Assembly (NCBI GenBank): GCA_964608315.1
Contig: CAZSNF010000008.1
Span: forward strand, 517 to 64,516
Direction: 5' to 3'
Source of the DNA: an uncultured Rhodothermales bacterium
GTDB taxonomy: Bacteria > Bacteroidota > Rhodothermia > Rhodothermales > VXPQ01
DNA: 64,000 bases
The notes below the pieces were generated by a model, which had not been told where the DNA came from, did not search any database, and saw only the letters and a list, made by a program, of their open reading frames with translations. Both the position numbers and the translations under genes were made by a program. Numbering within the stretch: position 1 is the stretch's first letter; each line of letters opens with the position of its first letter. Shown piece after piece: positions 8,196-17,110 of this stretch.

Positions 8196-10151
8196 CTAAT
8201 TATCCATCTCCTCAATACGGCCCAGTAGCGCAATAATGCGTCCTGCCTCCTTGCTCCTTTCGAGGAAATCGTTGTAGGCCCTATACGCGTTCTCAATGAG
8301 TTCCTGGTATGTCAATACTCGAATATTTTTCGTTTCCAACGCTCGTTCTGACTCATCCCGCCTCTTCGGGGTCTCCCAGTCACGAAGGGTTTTTCCCACA
8401 ACGCAGACGGTATCTATGTTAGGGTGCCGCTCACCAGATCCTTCAAGCAATTTCCACAGTGCATTTCTGTAGCGGTCTACTTGTCCCATCAGTTGGGAGG
8501 TGTTCGTACCGACTCCCGCACGCTTCAATTCAACAATCACATGTTTCCCGGCGGTTGTGCGATAGCGAATGTCCACGCGACCGCTTTTCTCTTCCTCGGA
8601 CAGACCTGCATCAACGTCTTGAAATGCTGTACTGACCCGCTGCTCCATGTACTCCGTTGCGGTCGCTCGTTCCCAAGAGGGATCAAGTAGCCACAAGTGA
8701 TCGAATACATGCTCCTGAATTACTCTCTCACGTGCGTTTTCGTCCACCATTTCCTGTAATGCGCGAACGACGCGAATTCGACCTTGGACAATCTGGTAAT
8801 AAAAAGTTGCCTCCAGTTCATCCTGATTGCCGAATACCTTGCCGAATTGTACGATGTTTTCGCCAGTTATCTCATCGAGCGCATCAATATTCTCTTTGGC
8901 TTTCAGTGTCTCAAAGGCGAGAACGCCGTGTTTAAATAATACTGTACGGTCCTCTGGGCGGGCGATCGTCATTTCGTTGATCTTGCCAAAAATGCGCGTC
9001 GCGCGATTCCTGTCGTCAGAGCCGAGACCTTCGAACCACTCCTTGATTGCCGGATTTTCAAGGGCTGCCTTTTTACCGCCCTTGTTTCGAAGTTTCGTCC
9101 ACTCTTGGCGGATGTAGCTCAGCTCACCCACAAGCTCCTTCTTCAGTTGTCGAAATCGCTCGTCGTCTTCGATGAGTGCTTGTCGGCTCGTCGTAGCAAT
9201 ATCCTCTTTGTCGTCTTGATCCAGAGATTCCGCCAGCACTTCGCCGATCACGTATTTCGTGTATATTCCAGCCTCATCCAAGCTCTCAAGGATGTCTTCC
9301 TGCACGAGTTTGCCTCTCGATAGCACAAGAATCCGATTAAGACTCTCGTCGCCATCCTTAAGCTGGCTGGGCATCTTGACTGTGCCGATCCATCCCGAAA
9401 AGCACTTGGCGTTTCGCGGTTCGTTTTCAGAAACGTTTTTGCATTGCCGCAGGCATTGCTCCCCGTATTCCCCGTAATACCAGACAAACTCCAGCATCGG
9501 GTAGTAGTGTCTATCGGTGACTCCAACTTCATCCCCGTTGATATGAACAGCAAAGAAGTGCTCAGAGCCAATCACGCTAAAACGTCGTGCGACTCGGCGA
9601 CGCAGATAGGTCTCGACGTTATCCAGGCGCTTTCGAAGATCGCGTAGCGTGATCTTCGTGCCTTGCTGAATATCAATTTTATCTCTTGGCAAAGGCGCTG
9701 GCTCATAGGTTCCGCCACCGACCTTGCCCTCTATAACGGATCTGATGTCTGGAAGCGACATCGTGAATCCGTTGCTTGTCCCATTCTTGGCGGATTGCAC
9801 TTCAATCGTGTCGGCTATCGAGAAAAGGGAGAGCTTACCGATTCCCTTCCTGCCCATGACGGGGCGATAACGCTGCGGAGTCAGTGCGTCGCGGCCTTCT
9901 CGCCGATTGCGCCCGACCCGCAGATACTTCTTGTTGATGTCGTCGACTGACATACCATGGCCATCGTCGGTAATGACTACTGTCTGATCGCCTTTATCCA
10001 CATTAATGCAAACTGTCTCGGCATCTGCATCCCATGCATTCGCGACCGCCTCCGCAAGGACGGCGGGGATGTTACTGTACAGGTTAATGCCCAGATGGTT
10101 GAGCACATTCAGGTCCAAGGTCATTTGATACTGAGGCTCAGGCATAACCAT
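8196..10151 (-). CDS. GHKL (HATPase_c_3/MORC-like) ATPase fused to C-terminal PD-(D/E)xK nuclease-like domain
   Basis: Bergerat-fold motifs EAVANAWDA (N-box), ITDDGHGM (G1) and GRKGIGKLS (G2). The C-terminus has HLWLLDPSW...GRVDIRYRTTAGKHVIVELKRAG...QVDRY, which resembles a D...ExK core of the Shedu/DUF4263 type. The ATG overlaps the stop of the upstream MTase by 14 nt. Confidence 0.7.
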   Translation of the reverse strand: MVMPEPQYQMTLDLNVLNHLGINLYSNIPAVLAEAVANAWDADAETVCINVDKGDQTVVITDDGHGMSVDDINKKYLRVGRNRREGRDALTPQRYRPVMGRKGIGKLSLFSIADTIEVQSAKNGTSNGFTMSLPDIRSVIEGKVGGGTYEPAPLPRDKIDIQQGTKITLRDLRKRLDNVETYLRRRVARRFSVIGSEHFFAVHINGDEVGVTDRHYYPMLEFVWYYGEYGEQCLRQCKNVSENEPRNAKCFSGWIGTVKMPSQLKDGDESLNRILVLSRGKLVQEDILESLDEAGIYTKYVIGEVLAESLDQDDKEDIATTSRQALIEDDERFRQLKKELVGELSYIRQEWTKLRNKGGKKAALENPAIKEWFEGLGSDDRNRATRIFGKINEMTIARPEDRTVLFKHGVLAFETLKAKENIDALDEITGENIVQFGKVFGNQDELEATFYYQIVQGRIRVVRALQEMVDENARERVIQEHVFDHLWLLDPSWERATATEYMEQRVSTAFQDVDAGLSEEEKSGRVDIRYRTTAGKHVIVELKRAGVGTNTSQLMGQVDRYRNALWKLLEGSGERHPNIDTVCVVGKTLRDWETPKRRDESERALETKNIRVLTYQELIENAYRAYNDFLERSKEAGRIIALLGRIEEMDN

Positions 10152-11226
10152 TCTCCACTAATGTGCGCCGTACGCTCCGTGCAACCGCACATCCGAGAGA
10201 GACAGGAACCGCATTGCCTATCCATCTGGCCGTCGGCGCAATCACGCAACTCTGATCCGGCGGAAGAAATTCGTAGGACATAGGAAATGTTTGCAGGAGG
10301 GCCGCCTCACGCAGAGAAATCGCCCGGTCCTGTTCGGGATGGCCGAACCTGCCGTTGCCGAATCCATTGCACTGGGTGGTGATGGTCGGCGCAGGCGCGT
10401 CCCAAGACATCCGACCGTAGACACTACCGTACCAGCGACCAGTCGCTTCCTTATGGCAATCCGCGATCAACTCGTCGTCCCAATCGCGCCAACTACCTCC
10501 CTCCTTAGCTGCACGAATACGTTTCAAGTTGAGCGAAGAAAGCCCGCTTGCACAATGGATAGGATCATTAGGGTCCCTGCCACCTGCAGGGATGGACGGC
10601 AAGTGTTCAATGGCGTCGCGGACAGTCACTTGATCTGACGGTTTATGGGTCGGCGACACAAGTTCTATCGGGCCAACTCTGGATGCCAGAACCACAAGGC
10701 GTTTGCGGGTCTGGGGTACGCCGTAAGCGGCGCAATCCACTACATTCTCCCACACAGTGTATCCAGAAGTCGTCAGCGTATCAAGAAATTCGCTGTACAC
10801 CTTTCCCTTCTGGAAAGTGCTGAGTCTCGGCACATTTTCCATGGATACAATGTCAGGCCGCACCTCATGAACAAGGCGACCGAACTCTGTAAGCAGGCGC
10901 CATTTCTGGTCCGAACGTTTCCTGCTATAAGTAGAAAACGGTTGACACGGCGCGCAACCAACAAGAATGGATGGCTCGCCAGGGACATACAACTCTTTGA
11001 TAGCGTCCGCATCAATGTCCTTGACACTTTTCGTAATGAACCGGGCGTAATTGTTACGCTCGTACGCATATCGACAGGATGGATCTACATCGACACCCGC
11101 TCGCACATTGAATCCCTCGAGTACGAAACCATGGCTTAATCCTCCAACGCCGCAAAACAGATCGACCACGCTGCCTGCTGTCGACTGTAATGCGGCTCCA
11201 TTATCCTTTGATTCACGCTCGAACAT
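10138..11226 (-). CDS. DNA (cytosine-5)-methyltransferase (M3)
   Basis: Motif I DLFCGVGG, motif IV GCAPCQPFS, motif VI ENV, motif VIII QTRKRLVVLASR, motif X GNAVPV. The ORF track start at 11274 is TTG. The first ATG at 11226 gives MFERESK..., about 20 aa before motif I. Confidence 0.9.
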   Translation of the reverse strand: MFERESKDNGAALQSTAGSVVDLFCGVGGLSHGFVLEGFNVRAGVDVDPSCRYAYERNNYARFITKSVKDIDADAIKELYVPGEPSILVGCAPCQPFSTYSRKRSDQKWRLLTEFGRLVHEVRPDIVSMENVPRLSTFQKGKVYSEFLDTLTTSGYTVWENVVDCAAYGVPQTRKRLVVLASRVGPIELVSPTHKPSDQVTVRDAIEHLPSIPAGGRDPNDPIHCASGLSSLNLKRIRAAKEGGSWRDWDDELIADCHKEATGRWYGSVYGRMSWDAPAPTITTQCNGFGNGRFGHPEQDRAISLREAALLQTFPMSYEFLPPDQSCVIAPTARWIGNAVPVSLGCAVARSVRRTLVENGYA

Positions 11227-11361
11227 TTGACCTGGATTGTTTTTGATCCCCTCCAGAGTATAAAATGGAGCCAAGGCCCAGCGCTACCGCCGAAAGCATC
11301 GCCAGCAGCATGGAAAATACGAAATTCCTCGAACCCAAACCACACCCGCAGCACCCCCCTT

Positions 11362-12732
11362 TCACCCCCTCCCCATCCAGTACGCCTCGATTTCCTCCAG
11401 GCTGCGCCCCTTCGTTTCCGGCAAGACCTTCCAGCCAAGCCAGATGGCCGGGGAACACAGCACGGCAAACAACCAGAAGGTCCCGGCGGGCGACAGCGTA
11501 TCCAGCAGCCACGGCACCGTCTGCCCCACAAGCGCCGTACCGCCCCACAGGGCGAAGGTGGCGACGGACATGGCCCGCCCCCGCACGCGCGTCGGGTACA
11601 TCTCCGCAAGCAGCACCCAGATGACCGGGCCGAACGACGCCGCAAAGCAGGCGATGTAAATCAGAATAAAGACGAGCAGCCACGGGCCTTCCGTCGCGCC
11701 GAACCGGAAAAGCCCCCCGATGACCAGCAGCGAAACGACCAGCCCCGATACGCCCCCGATGAGGAGCGGCCTTCTGCCGAGATCGTCTATTTTCCAGATG
11801 GCGACCAGGGTGAACAGCACATTCACCACGCCGATCACCACCTGGCCGCCCAGCGCGTCGCCCAGCGTGAATCCGGCCTCTTCCAGAATCCTCGGGCCAT
11901 AATAAATAATGGCGTTGATGCCGCTTACCTGCGTCAGAAAACCGAGCGCCACGCCCAGCAGGATCGAAAACCGGATGCCCCGATGCCCCAGAATGCGCTT
12001 CCAGGATTCCGGCTCCTGGGCCAGCGCCGTCTCGATTTCCGCCACCTGACCGGCGGCGGTTTCCGTATCCGCCACCTGCGCCAGAATCTTGCGGGCTTCG
12101 CCGGGGCGTTTCCGGGCCACCAGCCAGCGCGGGCTTTCCGGCACCATCAAAAGCAACGCAAGGAAACACAGCGCAGGCACGGCTTCGCTGCCAAGCATGC
12201 CGCGCCACACCTCGTCTCCGGCGAAAATGCCTTCGGATACGCCGGGCGCGCGACGCAGCAGCCAGGCATTTACGAAATACGACGTCAGAATGCCGACCGT
12301 GATGGCGAGTTGGTACATAGCCACCATGCGCCCTCGTACCCGCGAAGGCGATACTTCGGAGATATACAAGGGGGACAGCATGGAAGCCACCCCGACCCCT
12401 ACGCCGCCGACAAGCCGGTATACGATGAGTATGAAATGCCCGCCGGAATATGCGCATCCGATCGCGGAAAGCAAAAACAGCGCGGCGGACAACATCAGGA
12501 CGCGCTTGCGCCCGAACCGGTCGCTCAGGAAGCCCGCCGCCGAAACGCCCAGAATACACCCTGTCAGCGCCGAACTGACGTACCACCCTTCCATGACCGG
12601 CCCCAACCCGAACTTGTCCTTGACGAACCCGATGGTGCCGGAAATCACCGCCGTATCGTAGCCGAACAGAAACCCGCCGAGCGATGCTATCAGGGCAAGG
12701 CGCCACAAATAGCCGGAAGAACGAGACGTCAT
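11362..12732 (-). CDS. MFS sugar porter (sugar:H+ symporter family)
   Basis: 456 aa with about 12 predicted TM segments. Signatures GRKRVLM, PESPRWL and PETKGRSLEEIE. Confidence 0.88.
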   Translation of the reverse strand: MTSRSSGYLWRLALIASLGGFLFGYDTAVISGTIGFVKDKFGLGPVMEGWYVSSALTGCILGVSAAGFLSDRFGRKRVLMLSAALFLLSAIGCAYSGGHFILIVYRLVGGVGVGVASMLSPLYISEVSPSRVRGRMVAMYQLAITVGILTSYFVNAWLLRRAPGVSEGIFAGDEVWRGMLGSEAVPALCFLALLLMVPESPRWLVARKRPGEARKILAQVADTETAAGQVAEIETALAQEPESWKRILGHRGIRFSILLGVALGFLTQVSGINAIIYYGPRILEEAGFTLGDALGGQVVIGVVNVLFTLVAIWKIDDLGRRPLLIGGVSGLVVSLLVIGGLFRFGATEGPWLLVFILIYIACFAASFGPVIWVLLAEMYPTRVRGRAMSVATFALWGGTALVGQTVPWLLDTLSPAGTFWLFAVLCSPAIWLGWKVLPETKGRSLEEIEAYWMGRG

Positions 12733-12737
12733 GGCGG

Positions 12738-13703
12738 TTACGGCGTTGGGGCCAGGGGCGGCGCAGCGGAGGATACGGAACGCACCGCCTCCAAAAAATG
12801 GCGCAGCACAGGGTCTGGATCGTCCTCAAGCCACGCCACCCTGAGCACAAGACGGGGCGCAGGACTCGCAAGCGGCACGAACCGAACTTCCTCCGCGCCT
12901 GGCCGATTCCGCAGGGAAGCCGGCGCAAACGCCACGCCCAGCCCCGCCGCCGCCATGCCCAGCGCCGCGCCGACCCGGTTCGCCCGCTGCGCAATGCGCG
13001 GCCCGAACCCCGCCTGGCGACACACCGCCACGAGGCCATCGAACAAGGCGGGCTCGAACGCCCGATCCACCAGGATAAACGATTCGTCCGCCAGATCGGC
13101 CAACGCGACTTCGGAAGCGGCGGCGAGCGGATGGCGCGCGGGCAACGCCAGCATCACCTCTTCGCGAGTCACTGCCTCGGACGCAACGTCTTCGGGGAAA
13201 GCGCTGCCGAACGCGGCGGAAATGGTTCGTCGCCGGAGCGCATACGGTTGTTCGTGCGTCCGCATTTCGCGCAGAGTAATCGCAATATGAGGATGGCGCT
13301 CCCGGAACCGGCGCAGGCAACGCGGCAGTACGCCGTACATGGCATACCCCGTAAACCCGATGGCAAGGCGGCCCACCTCGCCCCGAGCAGCCCGCTGCAC
13401 TTCCCGGCGGACCCCCTCCACCTGATCCAGCAGACGGCGGGCTTCCTCCAAAAACGCCGCGCCCGCCCCGGTCAACTCCACCGCATGTCCGCTCCGGTCG
13501 AACAACTCCACGCCCAGTTCTTCCTCGAGCCGCTGGATATGCCGACTCAGCGTAGACTGGGTCAGGGATAGACGGTCGGCAGCCCGGCTGAAGTTCTTTT
13601 CCTCGGCGGCGGCAACGAAAGAAAGGATGTGCTGGGTGTCCACAACCAGACGTAAAAACGCGATCTGTGCAAAAACTGCATAAAGATAGGGGCTATTATG
13701 CAA
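12738..13703 (-). CDS. LysR-family transcriptional regulator
   Basis: N-terminal wHTH: FVAAAEEKNFSRAADRLSLTQSTLSRHIQRLEEELGVELFDR. The start is uncertain. An in-frame GTG at 13643 gives a typical LTTR N-terminus; the ATG at 13703 adds 20 atypical residues. Confidence 0.85.
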   Translation of the reverse strand: MHNSPYLYAVFAQIAFLRLVVDTQHILSFVAAAEEKNFSRAADRLSLTQSTLSRHIQRLEEELGVELFDRSGHAVELTGAGAAFLEEARRLLDQVEGVRREVQRAARGEVGRLAIGFTGYAMYGVLPRCLRRFRERHPHIAITLREMRTHEQPYALRRRTISAAFGSAFPEDVASEAVTREEVMLALPARHPLAAASEVALADLADESFILVDRAFEPALFDGLVAVCRQAGFGPRIAQRANRVGAALGMAAAGLGVAFAPASLRNRPGAEEVRFVPLASPAPRLVLRVAWLEDDPDPVLRHFLEAVRSVSSAAPPLAPTP

Positions 13704-13708
13704 TTATT
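13666..13708. promoter_or_regulatory. two adjacent copies of the TATGCA-N5-TGCA palindrome upstream of the LysR gene (candidate LTTR box)
   Basis: 13666-13685 tgtgcaaaaactgcataaag (reverse complement ctttatgcagtttttgcaca) and a degenerate copy 13689-13708 ttatgcaattattctatagg. Same motif as the four copies at 17111-17265. Fits the loose T-N11-A LTTR pattern. Confidence 0.4.
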
Positions 13709-13774
13709 CTATAGGTCAACATGAGGGTGGAAATTTTTTCCGTTTGGGAACCCGGAACGCCATCGCTTATAATC

Positions 13775-13941
13775 AGGGAACCTCTGATTAATTCCGCAAA
13801 GTTCAGAGGCTGCGAAGGACGCTTCACGTCCGCCATGCCCTGAATCCAGAGCGTTTATCGCTGATTTCAACGACGCAGTCATAACGTCCTGTGCGTGTGA
13901 ACGTGAAGCGCTGATCGAAGTAGATTTAATCAGAGGTTCCT
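13775..13941 (+). repeat. MITE-like nested-palindrome element, copy A (short form lacking the inner hairpin module)
   Basis: Termini agggaacctctgattaattc ... atttaatcagaggttcct. The interior matches copies D and I except for a deletion of about 95 bp. Lies in the divergent LysR/dioxygenase intergenic region. Confidence 0.85.
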
Positions 13942-13990
13942 CAGTATTACGGAGCATCCCGCTCCCGGACAAAACCAATTGGAGGTCGCG

Positions 13991-14803
13991 ATGGATCAGG
14001 ACGATCTGCCCGTCGGGCGAATTCTGAGTCGGAGAGAAGCGCTTCAGCTCTTATCCGGCGGTGGCGGCGCATTCCTCCTCGGCGGCGCCGCGTACGCCTC
14101 GATCGCCGGAACGTCCGCTTCCGCGAATTTCCCGGCCCGAACGGACGGCGCACCGCTGCCCGACTGTATCGTTCGTCCGGAAATGACCGAAGGACCGTAC
14201 TTCACCGACGAACGACTCGAACGATCGGATATCCGGCTCGAACCCTCGACCGGAGAAGTGAAACCCGGACTGCCGCTTGCGCTCACCTTCAACGTATCGC
14301 AGATCCGGGACGGGGCGTGCGCTCCCCTTGCCGGAGCGCTCGCAGACATATGGCAGTGCGACGCGCTGGGCCGCTATTCGGCCTTCAACGACAATGCGTT
14401 TGGCTTCGATACGCGCGGCGAATCATTCCTCAGGGGATATCAGCGAACGGATGAGCACGGCGCCGCTTCTTTTGCAACGATTTATCCCGGCTGGTATCCA
14501 GGCCGGGCGGTCCACATCCATTTCAAGATCCGCACGGAAGATGCGGAAGGGCAGGCGTACGAATTCACGTCGCAACTGTTTTTTGACGAGTCGCTGAACG
14601 ATGTCGTCCATGCCCGCGAGCCCTATGCGGAGCATGGACAACGGAACAGGCTGAATACGAGTGACCGCATCTTCAGCAAGGAACTTCTGCTCGACATCGC
14701 GTCGCAGGACGATGCCTGCAGCGCCACGTTCGGCATCGGTCTTGATCTGACGGATGCTGCGGTCGGCCGTATCGACGGCTTCAGACGTCGGCGGCGTCGT
14801 TAG
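13991..14803 (+). CDS. intradiol ring-cleavage dioxygenase-like protein with Tat signal
   Basis: ggagg SD at 13981 and ATG at 13991. Twin-arginine signal SRREALQLL. TEGPYF, GRYSAF and GRAVHIHFKI motifs are typical of the dioxygenase_C family. Confidence 0.7.
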   Translation: MDQDDLPVGRILSRREALQLLSGGGGAFLLGGAAYASIAGTSASANFPARTDGAPLPDCIVRPEMTEGPYFTDERLERSDIRLEPSTGEVKPGLPLALTFNVSQIRDGACAPLAGALADIWQCDALGRYSAFNDNAFGFDTRGESFLRGYQRTDEHGAASFATIYPGWYPGRAVHIHFKIRTEDAEGQAYEFTSQLFFDESLNDVVHAREPYAEHGQRNRLNTSDRIFSKELLLDIASQDDACSATFGIGLDLTDAAVGRIDGFRRRRRR

Positions 14804-14945
14804 CCGCCGGCGACGGAACGGCGCTTCGCGGTGATCGAGGAGGAACGCGGTGCGTTTGGGACATGATGCCTACCGTCCCGGAAACGATCATCCGATCCTG
14901 GTAGCCCCCGCTTAATGTGCGGGTGGATGCCCTGTGTGTCCGTAT

Positions 14946-15665
14946 TCAGGCAATCTGATCTGCGAGATCCTCGAAATCCCTGGTGACGACATCCACCGAG
15001 GGATCCGGGACAAGGTCCGTCGTTTGGGTTGGCCCGTATTCCCGGGTTCGATAGACGAAGGCAGTGCGGAACCCCACCGCCTGCGCCGCCAGCAGGTCGG
15101 CATTGTGGGCGGCGACCATCATCACCTGTTCCGGCAGGAGACCGAGCAACCGGGCCGCCGTCAGGTAGACCTCCGGGTCGGGCTTGTAACGACGCGCCAG
15201 TTCCGAAGAAAGGATGCAATCCCAGCGCAGGTCGGCTTGCTTCGCCATGTGGGTCAGGAGGGCAACGTTTCCATTGGAGAGGGGGGCTACGAGGTAGCGT
15301 CGGCGCAACCTTTCGATCCCTGCACGGGCGTCCGGCCAGGGATCGAGTCGGCGCCATACGCGGTTCAGATGATCTTTCTCCGCTTCGCCAAGTCCCTCGA
15401 TCCGGAACCGGACCAGCAATTCGTCCAGGATCATCCGATGGAGCGCGTCGATGTTCGACCAGGGCAGTTCGCCCGTGCGGACGCGGTGCATGAACGGCTC
15501 GTATCCGGCCCGCCATGCATGGGCGAATTCCTCCCAGTCCACCGAAAGCGCTTTCTGCTTGCCGAGCGCCCGCCCCTCGCGAATGATGGTGCTTCGCCAG
15601 TCGACGACCGTGCCGAAAACATCGAAGGTCAGCGCTTTTATGGAGGCAATATCCATGGAATGCAC
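14946..15665 (-). CDS. haloacid dehalogenase type II (HAD superfamily)
   Basis: FDVFGTVVDW (DxxGT nucleophile motif), SNGN and KPDPEVY motifs. 239 aa. Confidence 0.8.
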   Translation of the reverse strand: MHSMDIASIKALTFDVFGTVVDWRSTIIREGRALGKQKALSVDWEEFAHAWRAGYEPFMHRVRTGELPWSNIDALHRMILDELLVRFRIEGLGEAEKDHLNRVWRRLDPWPDARAGIERLRRRYLVAPLSNGNVALLTHMAKQADLRWDCILSSELARRYKPDPEVYLTAARLLGLLPEQVMMVAAHNADLLAAQAVGFRTAFVYRTREYGPTQTTDLVPDPSVDVVTRDFEDLADQIA

Positions 15666-15668
15666 GGG

Positions 15669-16538
15669 CTACGGGATACCCGGATCAAATCTGTTTTCCG
15701 CTTGCCGCAGCCAGTGCGCGAGGCCGTGACCGATGGCGCCCATACGGACGACCAGCCCCGGATGGCGCACGTACTGCGTGATCATCGCCCGCGCCGCTTC
15801 CGGCATGTCGATGCGCTCTGAGCGAAGACGCGCAAGGGAGACTCCCTCTGCTTGCGCTCCCGCCAGCAATTGCTGAATTGCGCGCTGGATTGTCCCGTTT
15901 TCCTGAAGCGGCGCGAGACCCGCATGAATGACGGCAAGCAAACCGGGCCAATGGGCAAGGTGTCGCCAGAACGTGGCGAGGCCAGGTTCGTCGGGCGTTG
16001 CCCCGAAGCGATTCAGACGATGAACCAGAGCCCAGGTGTCCGCCGCCATGTCCACTTGCGCAAGCAGCGGGGGCAAGGCAGGCCACGACGGCGCATGAGG
16101 AGAAACCGGATGCTTCGCGGGCCGTCCCCCGGGCGTCGCGACGAGGCCCGTGAGCGCCATCAGGTTCAGCCCGTTCGAGCGGTTATAGGCATCGAGAAGC
16201 GCCTGGATCGCCGAAAGGTCGCCCGCCGTAACGCCCGCGCGGTCCAGTTGGCCGGGAACGAGCGGTTCAGGTACCGGCAGCACGACACGCTCCAGCGCCC
16301 TGCGCAGCGCCGCATCCGGCTGGCCGGACGCATAGAGCGGCTTCGCCGCCGCCCAGACGGCGCGCAATCCCCCCTCCACGCCGGCGAGCGCGCGCCAGAT
16401 CGACGTGACAAGCGGAATCCGCAGGGTCTGGCGAATGTCTGCGAAAATGATGGCGGTTTCGCCCGTCGCCTCGGCCTCTTCAATCGCCGAAACCGGATCG
16501 TAGGGCGCTATTTCCGTATTTACCTGACCGGCGTACAT
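15669..16538 (-). CDS. DehI-like (group I alpha-haloacid dehalogenase family) protein
   Basis: By-eye similarity to DehI as I recall it: FADIRQTLRIPLV (cf. YEDIRLTLRVPWV), LLDAYNRSNGLNLMALTGL (cf. VLYAFNYGNPKYLLLITAL) and HLAHWPGLLAVI (cf. ALANWPKVLQIV). Immediately upstream of the HAD-II dehalogenase. Confidence 0.55.
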   Translation of the reverse strand: MYAGQVNTEIAPYDPVSAIEEAEATGETAIIFADIRQTLRIPLVTSIWRALAGVEGGLRAVWAAAKPLYASGQPDAALRRALERVVLPVPEPLVPGQLDRAGVTAGDLSAIQALLDAYNRSNGLNLMALTGLVATPGGRPAKHPVSPHAPSWPALPPLLAQVDMAADTWALVHRLNRFGATPDEPGLATFWRHLAHWPGLLAVIHAGLAPLQENGTIQRAIQQLLAGAQAEGVSLARLRSERIDMPEAARAMITQYVRHPGLVVRMGAIGHGLAHWLRQAENRFDPGIP

Positions 16539-16545
16539 ACTGTAT

Positions 16546-16670
16546 GATCGAAGTAGGGCCTGTTAACACTATGCAGCGGCGCTCTGGCAAGGAATGACGA
16601 AGCAAAAATAGCGTGGCGACCCCGCATAATGAGGAATGGCACAGCCAGAGCGTCTCTCGCAGCCTCCCGA
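16546..16670 (+). repeat. partial MITE-like element, copy H (inner hairpin module only)
   Basis: gatcgaagtag + gggcctgttaa + ggcgctctggcaaggaatgacgaagca...cataatgaggaatgg...gccagagcg matches the internal module of copies I, E, D and C. No terminal repeats. Confidence 0.7.
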
Positions 16671-16674
16671 TCCC

Positions 16675-17060
16675 CTACAACGAAACCGAGAACGCCAGAT
16701 ACAGGTTTCGTCCCTCGCTGGGCAGATTTCCGAAACTCAGGTGTTCGTGATAGAAGGCGTCGAACAGATTTTCCAGCCCGCCGCGCACCTCCATGCCGGA
16801 AGACGCTTCGACGCTGCCGCGCAGATTCACGACAAAATACCCATCGGTGCCGTCCTCGTCGACCGCGATGCGGGCCACGCGATTCTGCGGCAGAGCCATC
16901 CGGGCCTCGACCTCGCTCCACCAGCGCGCTCTGTCAAGACGCACGCTGAGCGAGCTCGTTAAGGGGGGAATCAGATGCATCGGTTCGCCTGTTTCCAGGT
17001 TCTGCCCTCTGGTCCAGGCGGCCCCGGCGGCGAATTCAAGCCCTTTCGCCAACCGGGCGA
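16675..17060 (-). pseudogene. TonB-dependent receptor, C-terminal fragment only
   Basis: The last ~120 aa (…TDGYFVVNLRGSVEASSGMEVRGGLENLFDAFYHEHLSFGNLPSEGRNLYLAFSVSL) look like the terminal beta-strands of a TBDR. No plug or barrel body lies upstream; a tRNA gene is there instead. Confidence 0.6.
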
Positions 17061-17110
17061 CGCCACAGGAGCGTCGCGCTTCGGCGTACGCGCCAACCGC
17101 CCGCAAAGCA

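Noticed and set aside
11213-13290. Very long ORFs (608 aa on the minus strand, 687 aa on the plus strand) overlapping the MFS transporter and LysR genes
   Set aside because: The translations are Arg/Pro/Gly/Ala-rich low-complexity strings with no motifs. They are typical shadow ORFs of high-GC DNA, and the overlapping frames encode well-supported proteins.
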